Origin: Octopus vulgaris
Lineage: Eukaryota
DNA length: 64,000 bases
Direction: 5' to 3'
Assembly (NCBI GenBank): GCA_951406725.2
Contig: OX597824.1
Span: 8,060,001-8,124,000, forward strand
The notes under the pieces were generated by a model, which was given only the letters and a program-made list of their open reading frames with translations, did no database searches and had not been told where the DNA came from. Numbering within the stretch: position 1 is the first letter of the stretch; each line of letters starts with the position of its first letter. The position numbers were made by a program, and so were the translations under genes. This document shows positions 48,621 to 64,000 of the stretch, piece after piece.

Positions 48621-49757
48621 CCCCCCAACCTTTTCTCTTTCTCAAATAAACTGCAACACTTCAAAAAGACCGATCTTCAGAAATATGAAAAATACTTTTT
48701 ATTTCGAAAACTGATTCCTGCAAAATAAAAGAAGCTAGTGAGACATTATCTCCCATCCCAAAGACTACAACAAAAGATGTTTGCTTTTTTTTATTTGATC
48801 TTTTTCTTTTTTTCGTCTTTTTAAGTACTGGCGCCAACAAGACAGCATGTTTCCTCATGTGGATTTGAGGCCATTCCCCACCCTCCCAAAAGAAAAATAC
48901 TGGAATAATCATAATAATAATAATAATAATAATAATTATATAATGAATGATGATAATGATGATGGTTATAATCTTTATAAACAGTAACATCTGATGAGGA
49001 TTCATCCGTTAAGGTAGAAATATTTAAACAATGGCACTCAGAACTAAGAGGACAGCAGTGAGGAAGAGACACTAATCTTATAAGCCTTTAGAAATGTGCA
49101 ACAGTGGAAACGGTCTTATCTACATCATTGCATAGACTTTGTCTGTGTAGGAGAGAGAGAGAGACAAACAGACAGACACCTGACACAAGATGGTCAATTA
49201 AGAGGCTTCAATGAAGGAAATACAGCTTTTCTTTTTTCCACATTATATCATCTGTTTTTTGTTGTTTTTTTTTAAAAGGTATCTGCCCCACCCCCATCAA
49301 CTTCTTTCTTTCTCAGAGAAAACTTGTCTGGCAGCAGCACAAGACCAAAGAAAACAGATCTGTTCTTAAAGACCACTTTTATTTTTAATATTATTAAATG
49401 GCGAGTCGAAGCAAGCCAGAGCTTCAGTTTTCTCTGCATCCGCAGCAGGACTTTACCAACACTAACTGCTATGGGGCATTAGAGACAGAGAAAGATGCAG
49501 CAGGTAGAGGAACATAACGGAAAGAGAGAAGAGAGAAAAAAACAACCTTATATACATGGAAAATAAATTAAAAAAAAAAAAAAGGTTAGTTGGCCATGCT
49601 GGTGATGGTGGAAGGATGGTTAACACAGTTGAGGTTCTGTAATTTATTTTGCAGGATATTTTTTTGTTTTTTTGTTTAAATTTAATTGTTTTGGGAGGTG
49701 GGGGGAAAAAAGGTGGTGGTATGAAAATTGCAGTCCAGTCCACCAACCACCCCATTG

Positions 49758-63969
<14,212 letters not shown>

Positions 63970-64000
63970 CTACAAAAATAAAAGACAAAAAAAAAAAGGG

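Noticed and set aside
48986-49025. ctgatga-gga-ttca-tcc in the inter-stop region looks like half a hammerhead
   Set aside because: Stem II is followed by GTTA rather than GAAA, and no stem I or III partner is visible.

Overview
AT-rich, repeat-dense animal genomic DNA, most likely from an octopus (inferred from the SINE and microsatellite landscape; not checked against a database). It holds two convergent spliced genes. (1) A plastin/fimbrin gene on the + strand: 12 GT-AG exons, 18200..47911, join in one frame (605 codons plus stop; EF-hand pair and four calponin-homology domains). Its first coding exon was not identified. (2) The 3' part of an SR-protein kinase (SRPK) gene on the - strand: 8 core exons, 63969..49758, plus candidate cassette exons in the spacer insert. 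Introns carry several tRNA-derived SINE families, LINE 3' fragments, TTAA- and TA-flanked MITEs and long fold-back repeats. The most notable unexplained signals are: (a) four different repeat families carrying minimal type I hammerhead-ribozyme-like motifs of the kind found in Penelope-like elements, including a G3:C8 core-swapped variant, a ~350-nt tandem unit and a tRNA-headed element with a hammerhead tail; (b) a composite MITE-spacer-MITE unit present twice, inverted and 38 kb apart, bracketing 11 of the 12 plastin exons; (c) frame-preserving micro-exons in the SRPK spacer. All coordinates were read by eye, and repeat boundaries are approximate.
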